From assembly GCF_001194135.2 (NCBI RefSeq), contig NC_068993.1, positions 730,730 through 794,729 of the forward strand: 64,000 nt of DNA, read 5' to 3'. The notes below the pieces were generated by a model, which saw only the letters and a program-made list of their open reading frames with translations, was not told the origin of the DNA and did not search any database. Both the position numbers and the translations under genes were made by a program. Below are positions 11,001-25,149 of the stretch, piece by piece; positions within the stretch are counted from its first letter, which is position 1, and the number at the start of each line of letters is the position of its first letter. The stretch comes from Octopus bimaculoides. Taxonomy: Eukaryota.

Positions 11001-13519
11001 GTGTGTGTGTGAAATTATTGCCTCTTTATTTAATAATTCCTCGAAAGAAACCTACAAAGCGTAGCTTTTATTCCTCGTCTCTCGATTCATTGGGAAAAAT
11101 AAATATATTAATGTGTTTATTATATATTTTTAAAAGAGAATTTCCTTTGTTTTCTCCGTTCTTTCATTCAAAGAAACGATTTTAAATTCTGTAGAAAAAA
11201 AAAAGACCCTACAAATTTTGGCTGCATTCGACGAGCTTGTTGATTTTAAATATTTATTCAATGTTATTCTGCATTATGTACTTAGAAGCAGGGAAAGACG
11301 AACGGGTAGAGATTTGCTTGTATCTGGAAAATTAAAGAATGGAATTGCTATTTGTCGTATTAAAAAATACCTTTTAGTAATCCTAGAAAATAGATTTGAG
11401 AATATGGTTCAGCTATTTCGAAAGACTATTGCTGAAAATAGATTTGTTTTCTGCTCGCTGTAAATGATATTCTGGTGTCATTGCAGTCAAAAGACAACTG
11501 GCTTGATGTTTGAAGATGGAATAACTGTTCCAATTAGGCGAGCTTTTCAACTAAATAAGCTTTCTACTCGTTCTAAGACTACAGCCATGCAGCATCTCTT
11601 ATAATTTAAATAATTTCGAGGAGCTATTGTAGAATTCAAGGTTAATTTAGTTGAATCAATTTATAAATTGGTGAAGAAGTGAATTGTCAGAATGAGGTAT
11701 TGAAGTTTTATTGCTGCTGTATGTTTTCACACGTGATTGCTTTAAATGTTACCTGATTGGAAAGGAAAAATCTAGTTTGTGAACGGAAAACTAGAATTTC
11801 GGCTGACTTTAAATGGAAATACCAAAATATGTCATTTTTGCATTGAATTCTGATTTCAATTTCTTTGGCATCTTTAGAATTGAAACATATTTTTAAAAAT
11901 TATAATTCTTACCTTTCTCTAACCTTACTTCTCTCTCATGTGGAGAAAAAGGATGGTGTGTTCTAGACTGGGCTGAGAAATTCATCCTCATCAATTGAAT
12001 GGTTTAACAATTTTCAAAGGCAAAATTCTGCTAGATTGACTTTTGGTTGTTTACCTCTGGAAGAAACATAATTGGTATACAAGGATAATTGATTTAAAAT
12101 TGTTTTGTTGGTTGTCTTTGAATTTCTGAGTAAATTTAGCAATTTTAATCCTCATCTTAAAAGATTTCTGTCTGAAACCAAAGCTATTGATGCAGAATGT
12201 GAAATCTCAGAAGTTTGAAGCTTTAAAAGTGTGTGTTTATAGTGTGTGTGTGTGTGTGCGATACTTTCTAGTTTAGCAAGTTTAATCAGGTTAGATTTGA
12301 TGTAACTTTAAAATTTTGTCGATTGAATCTAATCCACCGCCCCCATGATTGTCTCTCTCTGCCTGAATGATTCTTCACCTCTCTATTACATACTTTCTCG
12401 GGGTTAACTACCATTTCCATTCCCTAAGTTTTACTAACATTATGAAGTACCATGTCTGATATTTGCTCATTTTCTCAAGACAATTCCTCAATTGTCAACA
12501 CCTGATATTTCTACAAACTTCTACAGGTTTTTGTGAACAGCAGTTATTGGTTCATCTCCTTTTCAAACTGAATCCTGGCTTTAATCCAAGCTGTTTGGTT
12601 TGAGGCTATATGTCTACAGGATCTATTGATACAACAACTGGCAATGTTTGTTCATTCTGACTCTGCATTCAGTGACATTACACATTTTTACATCAATTAC
12701 TTGCACCATTCATAAATTATTGATCTACCTTTATACCTGTTGAACTAAACATATTCTAATTACTAACGTGTTCTATGAGTTATTACTAGAATAGTTTATC
12801 AACTTGATTAACCTCATCTTCTGTACACCTGTCGTCACTGCTATTTTAATTAGTGTTAATTATTATCATTAACCAGTATATTTTAGTTGTGAGTCCCTGT
12901 TGTCAACCCTTGTACCCTGCACCCTTCCCTGTCCATTATGGCACAATGATGTAATTATATATTTGTGGGCAGGTACCTCACTTAACACAATATTTCCATA
13001 ATGGTGTTCTTATTACACTTTTCTAATGTCAACCACTTTTAGTATTTATTCCCCATTAATTCAAATATCACTTTATTTACTCTTTCCCTGCATTATAACC
13101 TTTTTTTTTGGTCTCTTCTATATACACCTTCATTCAATCCCCATTAACAGAAGTGATAAAAATGCAAAGTTTCAATGACGGATATTCATTTGTTTCATCA
13201 ACAAGTTTTTGCCATAAATTATCACATGAATGGCTGGGTATCTCTCAGGTCTACCCTTAACCGAATTCTCAGGTAGAATCAGTAGAACAAGGCTGGTCCT
13301 TTATATTACAGGTCTATCCCATCTGATGGGTTTTGCCACAATTTCCCTCTATTCACTCGTAAAACTTGGGTCAACCAGTGGCATGGATAAAAGGACCCCT
13401 AACCCCACCAGTTACCTTCTAGGATTAAACTTGGAGCCTAGTGATTGCAAAAGAAACTTCCTAACCATTTGGCTATGCTGTGTCCTCAGACCCATAGATT
13501 ATACTTACCTTTGCAATCT

Positions 13520-13895
13520 ATTATCTTTTACCTGTTTCAGTCATTGGAGTGTGGCCATGCTATGATGCCACCTTGAAGGGTCTTTGTCAAATTGACCCCA
13601 GTACTTTTCTCTTTTTAAGTCTGGTACTTATTCTATTGGTCTCTTTTACTGAGCCACTAAGTTACAGGGACATAAACAAACCAGGGTTGGTTTGTCAAGT
13701 GATGGGGTGGGGGTGGACAAAGACCAGTGGACCCATACAACAGGTTTCCTCACATTTTCTGTCAACCAAATTCATTCATGAGGAATTGGTCAGCTCAGGA
13801 CTGTAGTAGCAGGTGTCCAAGGTGCCACTCATTGAGGCTGAACCCAGAAGCTCATGGTTGCAAAGTGAGATTGTTAACCACACAACCAGGCCTGC
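13520..13895 (-). mobile_element. tRNA-derived SINE, family A, near full length
   Basis: Reverse complement of the head seen on + at 59440-59610 and 30735-30860. Other minus copies at 22400-22575 and 29095-29425. Confidence 0.7.
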
Positions 13896-16529
13896 AGATG
13901 CAAAATTATGCAAAGGCAACAACTTCATAAATACCTTAACTCGACATTGTCTTTTTAATCTAATTAATCCCCACTTAATCTAAATTCTTAATCTTTCTAC
14001 TTGCATGTAGCTGGTTAACTCCTTTATTCCAACCAAATTCTTTTTTTTTCTCCCAACAAATGGAACTAATGGTCTGGAGTCTTTCCATTTCTTTTTTTAT
14101 CATTCGATAATCTTTTTCCTTGTCCTTTCTCTAATCTTATTGGTATCCTTCTTGCTATTTTTGTTCCTCTCTAAGTATTCCTGGTTTTATTTTATTGAAA
14201 TTGAACATTGCAATTGGCGAATGACAGTGTCCTTGTAATTGGCAGATCTCAAGGCATAGGGGACTGTCTGAATCCAATGCAGAACAAATATCTCCAGCAA
14301 TTTCATTTGAAGTCCACCAGTTTTCTAGTTTTCTCACAGATTTTCAAAGAGCATGGCTGTGTGTTTAAGAAGTATGTTTCCCAACCACATGATTTCAAGT
14401 TCAGTCTCACAACATGACACTTTGGCAAAGTGTCTCCTATAATCCTTGGGCCAGCCAGTCCCTTGTGAGTGGATTTGGTAGGTGGAAATTGAAAGAAGTC
14501 TGTTGTATACATGTATATATTTGTAACGTATATGTGTGCATGGGTGGGTGTGTGTGTCTTCACATCACATGTTAGATGCAAACAAGTGTCATTGTCATTG
14601 AAATGTTGTCGTTCACTTCCAATCTTTTTTTTTGTAAAGATGACCAACCATGGGAAAATATGAGCTTACTTGGAAACGGGTGAAGTTTGTGAGAGGAATG
14701 GCATCCAGCAATAGGAAATCTGCTTTGATAAATTTTGTCTGATTCGGGCAAGCATGGAAAAGTAGGCCTAAAAATGATGATGATGTGTGTGTGCGTTCAA
14801 AAATGTCTAAGGTGCAAATTGAAATAAGGAGTGAAAAACTGCAGTAAGGAAGACAGATTAACAGCTTCCACTTGACATTATTTCAATATTTTGGAGTTAA
14901 GACTCCATTTTCAAGAGAAATGGAGGCATGTTGCTGAGTTGGTGTCTTTTACTTAGATTCTAGTTTTGCTTCTTGATTTCAATTGTATTGATCACTTTGA
15001 AGATCACACAACTCAAACTACACACGTGTGTGTGTGTGTGGGTGTGTAAGCTCACAAAGCAGGAACAGAATGAAGATGTGTGCATTAATTTTTAATGTTT
15101 TCCTGAAGCACTTGCTGCAGGATTTTGTCTCTGAGAAAAAATTCTCTAGAGACATCAACTTCAAGTGTATAAAAACAACCCCATTGAGCCAAACTGCAAA
15201 CAATGTTGGCAGACAACCAGACATGGTGTTTTAGTGTGATTTTTACCTTCTCAGTAATAGAAACTGCATTGGTCATCTGGAACTAGGCCAAAGCTTTGTT
15301 CATAACAAATATATATATATATATATATAAACACAGATGATGAGCTTCTTCCCAGTTTCCATTTACTGAATTCCACTGATACTCAAGGTTAGGGTTGAAG
15401 AATCACACCCAGCTGTTGTGCTGAGGAATTGAACCCAGAACCTTATGATTGACGAGTAAATGTGTTAACCACAGAGCCATGTAAAATATTTATGTACATT
15501 CCTTGCTGTTCTCTGCGGACAATGCTTCAATCTCAAACCAACTTCTTGTCATCTCTAATAACTTTTTAGTTTTTTTTTTGTTTTTAGCTCATTAAATATA
15601 TTTGGTGCTATTTGAACCTTTGCAGATTTGCTGCTGTAGACAACACAACTGTCTCTTTTACAGATCCCCTTTTCTATTCATACACCTTACACCCTTATAT
15701 CCTCCTCCATCCACACTCTCTGTAAAGTGCATCTCTCACCATATACCTCACCCCAATCCCACTTGTTAACTGTTTCAATAAATTCTTGTCCATTGATTTA
15801 ACCATTAACTTTCTGTCACAATCCCCTCCCCCCACCCATCGTTATCACCATAATTAGTCTTCAAGTGATTGTGGCTAATTTATTAAAGAATAATTCTTAT
15901 TTATTAAGCAAGCTTTATGTAATTCCTCCATAGAACCATCAAAACTGCCTGCCACTCCCTCGTCAGTCTTATCTTCTAATTCATTCTAATTAGGTCGACC
16001 ACTTTTCATTTACTTTTTGGAGGGAGTGGGGTGGGGTGGGGATGAACACTTTGTCCTCTCTCTTTATCTCACCTTTTACCATTTCTGTCTCTATGTTCGT
16101 TAAATTGATGAGATAAAGAGTGGACAGGCGATGTTGTTACTCATTTAGGAGAAACATCTGACCCCTAATTGCATTTAACAGGGGCTTCATCTTTGAGGAT
16201 CTCTCCTTATGTCATTTGTGGCTTTGTCAACAACTGGTGGAACCCTAAAATATTGTAAGCCATTGGAGAAAGGCAAGGCATGACATTTTTTAGGGCCTCA
16301 AAAACGGGAGAGAGGGGGAGAGGGGCAGTAGACCTGACTTGGGTGCTTGCAAGGATGTAAACCCTACTAAAGGTGCCTAGAGTGTGTTGAGGGATGATGT
16401 TAAACTGGTCCAAGGATTGTCTATCACCCAAGGAGGACACAGTGGGATTTGAACTCAAAATGCACAGGCTCAGAACAAACGTCCCTGAATAACCTGTCTG
16501 ATACTCTACACCAATTCTGCCAACCCACA

Positions 16530-17045
16530 GTCCCATTGTTGGTTTTTTTTATTTGATTGACCCTCAAAGGATGTAGGTAGGATTTGAACTTAGAATGCAA
16601 GGGGCTGGAATAAATACTGCAAAGAATTATTTCATACACCACTCTAACAATTCTGTCAATTCTTGTGGGCACAAGGCCTGAAATTTTGAAGGGAAGGGAT
16701 AAGTTGATTACATCAACTTCAGTGTTCCACTGGTAATTATTTCATTGACCCTCCCCCTCCTCAGTGGAATTTGAAGAAATGCTCCCAAGTATTTCGTCTG
16801 GTATGGCTAGGATTCTGCCAGCTCGTTACCTTAATGATAATAATAAGTTTCAAGTTTAGGGACAAGGTCAGTAATTGTTGAGGGGGAAAGGGTTAGTTGA
16901 TTATTTTGACCCAGTATTTGACTCCTACTTTTTGTCTTAGTCAAAAATGAAAAGCAAAGTTGACCTTGGTAGGATTTGAACTCAAAATGTAATGAACCGG
17001 AAGAAATGCTCTGAAGCATTTTGTCTGATGCTCGAACGATTCTCT
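16530..17045 (-). mobile_element. Cluster of ~3 tandem family-C SINEs
   Basis: Repeated acaaggccagcaa..gattacatc..cccagt..ggatttgaactcagaa. Further minus copies at 17885-18085, 39335-39420 and 54380-54500. Confidence 0.7.
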
Positions 17046-17309
17046 CTCTCTTTTTTTTTTTTCTTCCCTGAAGAAATTCACTCGTACGTCGGTTTATGTC
17101 TTCTACTTGGAAAAGAATAAAAATTGATTATCAGAAATCTGTTCCAAGTTGAAGAAATATTTTAGAAGTGTTAAATATGTCTAGCTGCATGTCAATTTAA
17201 GAGGAATTTTCTGCTTAGAGAATCAGAGAGTGGCACTGAATCACTTTTATTTATATTTTTAGAAACGCAGCAACATTAAGCTTGATTAACACTAAACTGA
17301 AAGACTATT

Positions 17310-17600
17310 TTTGAATGATTCAGTAGAGAAACCGATGCTGTAAGTATCTACTTTGAGAAGAGCTTCTGCCAATTTGTTTTGGTCTTCGACACACTTCACA
17401 AAGAAGTGCTCAAATGACCTAAAAATGAAAGGTTTAAGGGCCAAGCCAAGTGGCACTCATAATGTTTTGTACTCAGAAAATCTCTTGTATTTAAAAATTC
17501 TTCCAGAATTATTGAAGCAGTTTTGGCTTTGTTTTGCTCTGTTTCCTTGTACAAGCATTTAATGATATTGACAGAATATATTCTTACAAATTCTTTAATC
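17310..17600 (-). pseudogene. Decayed coding-like remnant with a CARD-like helix pattern
   Basis: Two overlapping frames read IKCLYKETEQNKAKTASIILEEFLNTRDF and FRSFEHFFVKCVEDQNKLAEALLKVDTY. The resemblance to CARD C-terminal helices is by eye only. Confidence 0.25.
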
Positions 17601-20600
17601 TCATACAAAAAGTGTTTTCTTCTTTATTACTAATCATTTTTTTTTTATTAACAATATCTGATTTAGTTCTGGAATATTTTAAATAGTCTTTTTGTCAAAT
17701 TTATTATGAACATAATAACATGTGGAGAGCAAATATTACAAGACATTTTCCGGACGTTCAAATGATTTTGCCAGTCTGTTGTCGTCATTATCATCATAGT
17801 GATAATAATAATAATAATGCCAGTGGTCCGACCCATGCCAGCATGGAAAACATGTTAAATGATGATGAATAATTGTAGTAACTGCTTTCAATTTAGGTAC
17901 AAGGCCAGCAATTTCTGAGGAGAGGGGATTTGCCATTTACATCAATCTCAGTACTTGATTAATATTTTATTTCATCAACCCCAGAAGATGAGACACAAAA
18001 TTGACATCAAAAGGATTTGAACTCAGAATGTAAAAAACCAGGAAAAATTACCATAAAGTATTTTTTTTTTCAATACACTAACAATTTTGTCAGTCCACAA
18101 CACTGATGATAATAATAATAATAATATAGAAGGCATTAATTTTAGATTAGCTCTGAAGGTGTTTACTGCTGGATGTCTGATTTTTCTCTGCTGTATTACA
18201 CTTGATCCAAGATCATCCGATGATAATCTATTAAAAGTATTTCCAGTTGTTGCAAGGCAGTCATTGAAAGAAGAACCTGCTTGGAAACCAGCTTGTCTTG
18301 TCTGTCAGTATTTAAATTGTACAGCTGAAGTATTTACTACAATATCCTTCTTTCCAATTAGTCATGACCATAGGGTTGTTTTATTGGTTCCATTAATCAA
18401 TGATTCGTTCTATTATAATACAATTGCTTACCGATTCAATCATCATCATCATCAAAGTCCACTTCTCCAAGGGCTGGACAAGTTTTACAAAATTACCTTT
18501 GCTTTGCTTTGTCTGTATCGTTTACTAATGTAAAATATAATGAGTTTCCAGCTGCTGACTCGGCATCTCTGGAGATGCATAGCGTGCAGAAAGCATCGGA
18601 CATAGAGAAATATCATAAAAGACACAGTCACCTTTCATTAACCACCTAGAAACAGTAACCAGAGCAAAATGGGGAAGCCATCTTCTACAGAAAGACCAAT
18701 AAAGCTGGTATCTAGGAGACAAACAACAACAGGTACGATGCTGCATTCTGGTTTCGAGGCTATGCTATCGATGTAAACTAACAGGATACAACGTGTGATA
18801 AATATATTTATTGATAGAGAGACAAACAAGAATGATTTAATAGTTGCCTAACGAATAAATGAGGCAGGATTCTGTGTGATTACACAACCTGCGAAAGTAG
18901 CAACCAAAATGTCCTCAAATCACAATCCTATTGAAGTCCAAGTGTTTGGCCACAGCTCAACTGTATTTGATACATGGATATATTAGATGCTCCTCCATTT
19001 CTGCTGTTCAGGAAAAAAGAAAAAGAAAAGATTCTTAGTGCATTAAATCAGGTAAATAGAGGCTCAGCATTGCATTTAGGACTGGGGTGATTTTTTTCCT
19101 TTTTTTTTTTCTTGAAATATATTTTTGGGGGAAAAAAGTGCATCCCACATGCCATAGAATATGGTAGCTATGATCATGGTTCTTCTCAATCACGACTGAC
19201 CTAGGGTTAAACAACAACTACTACAACACAGTTAAGTGAATGGAAATATCAAGGAAACATTTGGAACTGGAGGGTTAAATGTAGAAATGAGTAAACTGGA
19301 AACTAAAGTCCCTTTTTTTTTTTTATTGATATGCCACTCGGCCATATTAAGTTAATATGGCAATCCCTTAACTTCACATTATGGTCCATTAGTGTCTAGA
19401 ATGGCAGTCTTGTTGAGTTATTCACTACCTACAAACAAGTATGGTTTGGTAACCTGTACCATGCTTTCACTAATTGTGTTCGGTGCCTGTGGAATCATGA
19501 GCAGACATAGTCACCCTCTCAAATCTCCCACTCTTTGACCTAGCAGCACATCAATGATGTTAAAATTGAAGAGAGACAGAGCTACACCAACATTCAGCTG
19601 AGTCAACTGAAGCAATGTGAAGTGCCTTTCCTAAGGACATAACATGCCACCTGGTTCAGGAATTGAACACATGACATTATGATTTTGAACTGAACACTCT
19701 TACCATCAAGCCACACCAGAAGCTTAACCCTGAAATGAATATAATCACAAGAATCCAATGCATTTTGGGGAAATGGCTTCAAAAAGCTGCTGACCATCTT
19801 CAGTTGGTTTGGGAATGAGGTTTCACATGGAACTGAATAGCCAAGAAACTCCTTAATCTGAAATTATCTGATGCCCTTCAGAAGCCTACTTGTCTCTCTG
19901 CAGAACCATTGCCTACAACTTGGAGCAGGCATTAAGATGAATTTGAAGTGTAAGTTCAATCCCTGAACATTCTGTTTCTAGGATCAGGGCTTCTTAAGAT
20001 GAAAAGATTTTAGTCCTAAACCTTTGTTTCTGGATTTGTTCCTTGGGTGAGACCTTGTTAAGAAATGGTTCCCTCTGGTAGGATTCTTTTGTGACAGGGA
20101 ATTGTTGATTAACAATATGTAGTTTTTTATCTTTTTGTATTTGACTGATTTCCTGAGCTTATCATATCTAGAACAACATCGTCAATGCTGTCAAGGTCAG
20201 TGATCAGTGATGTAATTAAAGCCATTACTTAGGCAGGCAGCCTACTGGAAAATACATGAATAATAATAATGTTCACTTGGATGCATTCTTAATGAATACC
20301 ATTTCTGGTCTTCTTTTTTCCCCCCTCTTCCCCCCCCCCTCCAATATATGTTTAATGAATTATTGGAAACACTTTCAGTGTGAAAGTGTATAGCTTATTA
20401 ATTACTTTTGTAATTACACAGCCAACGATGACGATAGAAACATTGCAATAACTACCTTTTTTCACGGGACATTTTCAGAAAATACCTCTGAATTTTCTCT
20501 CTGCAGTCTACTTACTCCAGTACAATATAATGTCACCACCACCATCACCCTGCCATGTTTTGTACCTAAAAACCAGTAATTTATCCTCCCCCACTTTTGA

Positions 20601-22077
20601 CTTTGATGTTTTGTATTAAATTTCTTGCATTATATACACTATTTAACATTCTGTAGATCATCATCACCATCATCATCATTTTGATGTCCACTTTTCCATG
20701 TTTGTTTGGGTCGGGCAGAATTTATATAATGCGTGTTTATGAAGTTGGATAAATATTGTTGCTGTTTTAGCCCTGAGTCAGACTTTATCCAGCAGACAAA
20801 CCTATGATCAAAAGCATTCTGTAGTGACCAGCCTGCTTTTTTATAAAACATCTGTTTTTTAGACAAAGTATCTAGGACCATGTTATCCTGTGTCCTTTCT
20901 TAAAATGTTAGGGTATGATTGGAAGGTGATTTAGCTGCTATAACCAGCAATTTGAATGGTCATATAGGAACTCTGTTGTTCATAAGGTTTTGTGGATGTG
21001 ATTTTTATAAATACTGATGCTATAGAAAGATTTTTCTCCATAAACAGTTTACTGTTGCTTCAATTCTGGAATATTTTTTTTAACCCCAGGCCTGTGTTGG
21101 TCAGGCAAACCTACCAGTGACAATCCTATTTCCTATTCAGGCATAATATATCTAGGAGTGCATTATTTAATGTATCCACAATCTCTTGCCTGGTTTAACA
21201 CCTTCAGTGTCTTTTGCGGGGTCCATTCTGTTTTATATATTAGGGTCAGGTATTTGGTTTGGCAGTACCCTCCTCCATTCAGTCTTGGACATCTTGGAAA
21301 GTGAAGAAGAAAAAAGGGTGTGATTTAGGGGAGATTTAGCTTCTATTTCTAGCAGCTCTCGTGTCCACTTAGAAATGGTTCCCATGTTGGCCGTTTCCAT
21401 TGAACATTGGGAACCAGTTATGACCTTGAAAATTTTCTGTCAAAACACAATTTCACTTTGTTAAATACCTGTTATTTTCTTCAGCCTTAGATTTGTCTGC
21501 TTTACACCATCTCATCTGTTTGCAGACCCACCATCCTCACATTCATTTCTTCCCATATTCTTTGCTCTTCTTCACCCATTATATCATCAATTGATAGTAC
21601 CTGATACAGTACTTATTGACTGTCCATCCCAGAGAAGTCGTCTCTCTTCCATTCATACTTTAACCCTATCTCAGTTGGTGCTCCATACAATATTACACTT
21701 CCAAAAGATCACTCTTCTTATTTTACAAATATTTCCCATTTAATGCCTGTGTCTTCTGCAATACTTCCATGATGACCTTGTGAGTGAATTTGGTAAATGG
21801 AAACTAAAAGAAGCTTTGTGTGTGTATGTGTGTTTTTCCTTGTTTTGGCATCACGTGATAGTTGTAAACTGTCATTCAAGCAATATCATTCATTTCCTAT
21901 CTTTCATGAAAATGTCTGGTCAAAGGGAAAATCTTACCTGGAACCTAGTGAAGGTTGATGACAAGAAGGGCATCCAGCCGTACAAAAACCTGCCTGGTGG
22001 AATTTACCTGACTCATGCAAGCATATGAAAGTGGATATTGAAATAATGACTTCAAATCTTCCCTGTCATGTGATATC

Positions 22078-22095
22078 CACACACACACACACACA

Positions 22096-22187
<92 letters not shown>

Positions 22188-22188
22188 C
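22078..22188. repeat. (CA)n followed by 23 perfect CACG units
   Basis: Direct count over 22094-22185. Confidence 0.95.
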
Positions 22189-22204
22189 AGAGGCCTTAAG
22201 ATAG

Positions 22205-22395
22205 CAAAAACTGGCAGAATCTTTAGCACACTGGATAAAATGCTTAACAGCATTTCTTCCATTTTTATGTCTTGAGTTCAAATTGCACCAAGGTTGACTT
22301 TCATCTTTTTGGGGTTGGGGGAACGAGTACCTGTTGAGTATTGGTGTCGATGTAATCAACTAGTTCCCTCCCCCAAAATTTCCGGCCTTGCACCT
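22205..22395 (+). mobile_element. Family-C SINE
   Basis: ctggcagaatc..ttagca..gagttcaaat..aggttgactttcatc. Other + copies at 45620-45810 and 58915-59095. Confidence 0.7.
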
Positions 22396-23989
22396 ATAGT
22401 GGGATATACACGGTGGGCTTCTTTCAGTTTCCATCTACCAAATCCAATGAAAAGGCCTCGGTAGGCCTTTCGACACTTGTATAGTAGAAGACACTTGTGC
22501 TTAGTGGCACACAGTGAGACTGAACTGGGAGCTATGTGGTTGGGAAACAGACATCTTACCACACAGCCACACCTCTGACTGTACATCTTTAATAAAGAGT
22601 TGTATTTTTTTTTTTCATTAAAAATTATTGAAAATCTGTATTCAATGTGAACACCCAGCCCCCTACTCAAATCTATTGATTAGCTGGGTTTGGACTTGTT
22701 GAGTTCATTAAGGCTGATTATTTGTGGTTTTAAGAAGGATTTTTATCGCTAAAGCATGAACTTCAATTGAGGAGAGAACTTGAAGAAAAAGTTGAGAAAT
22801 TTTGGAGCTTTGCTAAAGTTCTGATCAAGTTTAGAGATAAATAAGGCCTTTTTGATGAAATCACCATTTGTTATACCCTGTTAATTAATATTGATTAATT
22901 ATCGATCCCAGCAGTGCCACCTTTACCGTTCAGCTTTTAGTAGAAGTGGATGTGTGAAGAAATACAGTTCTAGTCAAATATTGGGATTGATTTTAACTGA
23001 GACCCCACCCCAACAAAATTTTGTTTTTTGTTGGGGAGGATAATGTGTTTTGTGTAGATTCTCAGTTTGATTGTGATCCAGGTCAGTTTATATCTCATCT
23101 TTCCATGGGGTGATGAGTTAAATACTGCAGTTGATATATTTGACTGTTTCTTTACTCACCATCACCACTGCCGCTGCCACCACCACCACCACATACCTAT
23201 GTTAGAAATCAATATTTAATATTGGTTTGGTTTTTGTTTTAGAAAGATATGCAAGCACCATTGTTGCAGCTACTACCATTCTTCACCAAACCTATCTGTA
23301 AGTCAGTTTTGATTCCCTGTTGGAACTGTCTCTCGGACATAAACAAATCCTTGGAGGAGGCAGCAATGTTATTTCCATTGCCGTTCTCTTTGAAATGAAA
23401 TGCTTCAAGCTTCTACGCATGCATATGCACACATGGGCGTGTGTGTACATTTATATATGATTACACACACATTGCATATATAGCAATGATCATGATCTCT
23501 GTTATATTATACCTCTTCTCAGTTTTCAGTCCCCTATTCCACCCCCATCTACCCCAATGTTATATTTATACCATTTCAGCAAATCTTTTTCATTCAGTTT
23601 TCAATCTTTTTACTTTTTCTATTCCTTCTTTTATGACAATTGGTGCCACAGGCATAAAACTATCCACCACAACCATCTATATTACACTAAACTATGGTCA
23701 TCCTTCACCCTGTACTTGTGTACTTTAAAGTTCATTGAGGATTTATTTTATTGTAATCTTATTTTAATAATTCTCATTTTACTTTTCTTACGATTCCACA
23801 TTTTATTTTATAGATTCATTGGTATCTCTCCAGAATATAGGTAAGGAATCTTATTTTTACCATGAATAGGTGAAATGTTGATTTTAATAAATTCTTTAAT
23901 TAACCACTAATATCATTGTAAGATAAATATTAGCATATTAAGGAAACTTTAGAAATGTGATAAAAATGAACTATTATTGTCAATATTCG

Positions 23990-24055
23990 GTGACATCATT
24001 TCCTTTCCAGGTGTAAACTGTGACATCATTTACTTTCCAGGTGTAAACTGTGACA
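23990..24055. repeat. 30-bp tandem duplication (2.2 copies)
   Basis: gtgacatcattt(c/a)ctttccaggtgtaaact twice, then gtgaca. Confidence 0.9.
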
Positions 24056-25149
24056 GTTTTTACTGTTAAAGCTTCAAAATCCTTTCTTTGGTCTTTTCTT
24101 CTTTCTGAAGATTTTTGGTGGAGAGGAGAGAGGGAAGGAGTGTGTGTGAGTAGAAACTGGAAAACAAAAAAAGATATTTAAAGTATGAGGAGCTTCCATT
24201 TTCCCTCCTAAAATTTAATTTGGAACAAAATTGCTAATTAGAAATGAATATATTTGAATGTTGAATTTTTTTCAATTTTTTGTTTTTATCTTTTTTTTTT
24301 GTCCCCCTCCAATTCTCTTGTCTTCTGTACTTTGAAAATATGGAAAAAAGAATTAGAATTAGATATTATTTGTTGATGATGATGATACAGCTGTACCAAA
24401 TACTTTACTGTAACAAAAACAAAAAAACAGTTATGTCACTGTAGCCTGCCAGATGGAATATTGAAGCTGAGTTTCAAGGGAAAAGTTTTCGATCTTTTTA
24501 GGAGGAAAAATTTCAAAGTGTAAACGAGATGTGGGATTTAGGTAAAATATGGTAACATTTCTAGAAAGTATTGTTTATTATGAGGTGTTCAATAGAATTT
24601 ATAGTGTGAATCACACACACACATTGCAGAAGAATGTCAGACAATCACAGATGCAAGGGAGGTATTTATATGAAAAACTGCAGATATGATTTACATAATG
24701 GAAGCAGGTCTTGTCTTTACAGCTGTTTCAAATAACCAGTGAATGGTTGATAATTCAAGCAGATGCAATACTGAGGCAATATTAATCATAAACATAAAAT
24801 CTAAGATAGTATCAACTAGCATGATTCTTGATGTCTGAATACTTTCATGTGTCAAATTCAAGATATTTTCTCCAGAAGATTAAGAGGATGTGCATCTCTA
24901 TAGATATGTCTGCTGTGTTGTTTGGTTAGACTTGGTGTCATGATATCACCATTTAGCACCTATGTTCCCTGGCTTGAATGGTTTAACGAGATCTGATGGA
25001 CCCAGTCTATATATGGTTTAGTTTCTCCTGTCATTATTGCCATCATATCTAGTGTTATTGTTTGGCTACATTGTCATTGAATATATAGATTTGATGTGGT
25101 TGTCATTACATATCTGTTTTCCTAAACCTACATAAATCAGGTGGATTTC

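Noticed and set aside
11218-11690. 81-aa ORF with in-frame continuation
   Set aside because: No motif or splice signals, and ORFs of this length are expected by chance in 64 kb.
12300-13150. Pyrimidine-rich stretch suggestive of a Penelope remnant (also 15540-16200, 21440-21780 and 23450-23760)
   Set aside because: No translatable motif clear enough to call.
14903-14925. Hairpin with a TTCAAGAGA loop, as in shRNA vectors
   Set aside because: The stem is only 7-8 bp and there is no vector context; coincidence.
16022-16041. G-quadruplex motif GGGAGTGGGGTGGGGTGGGG
   Set aside because: A single motif in repeat-derived intronic sequence with no supporting context.
18087-18830. 148-aa ORF, plus a minus-strand QAGFQAGSSFNDCL resembling an RT motif
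   Set aside because: A single short resemblance with no neighbouring RT motifs; cannot be supported.
23990-24055. Short direct repeats (also 31066-31226) as possible CRISPR arrays
   Set aside because: Eukaryotic context, no unique constant-length spacers and no cas genes.
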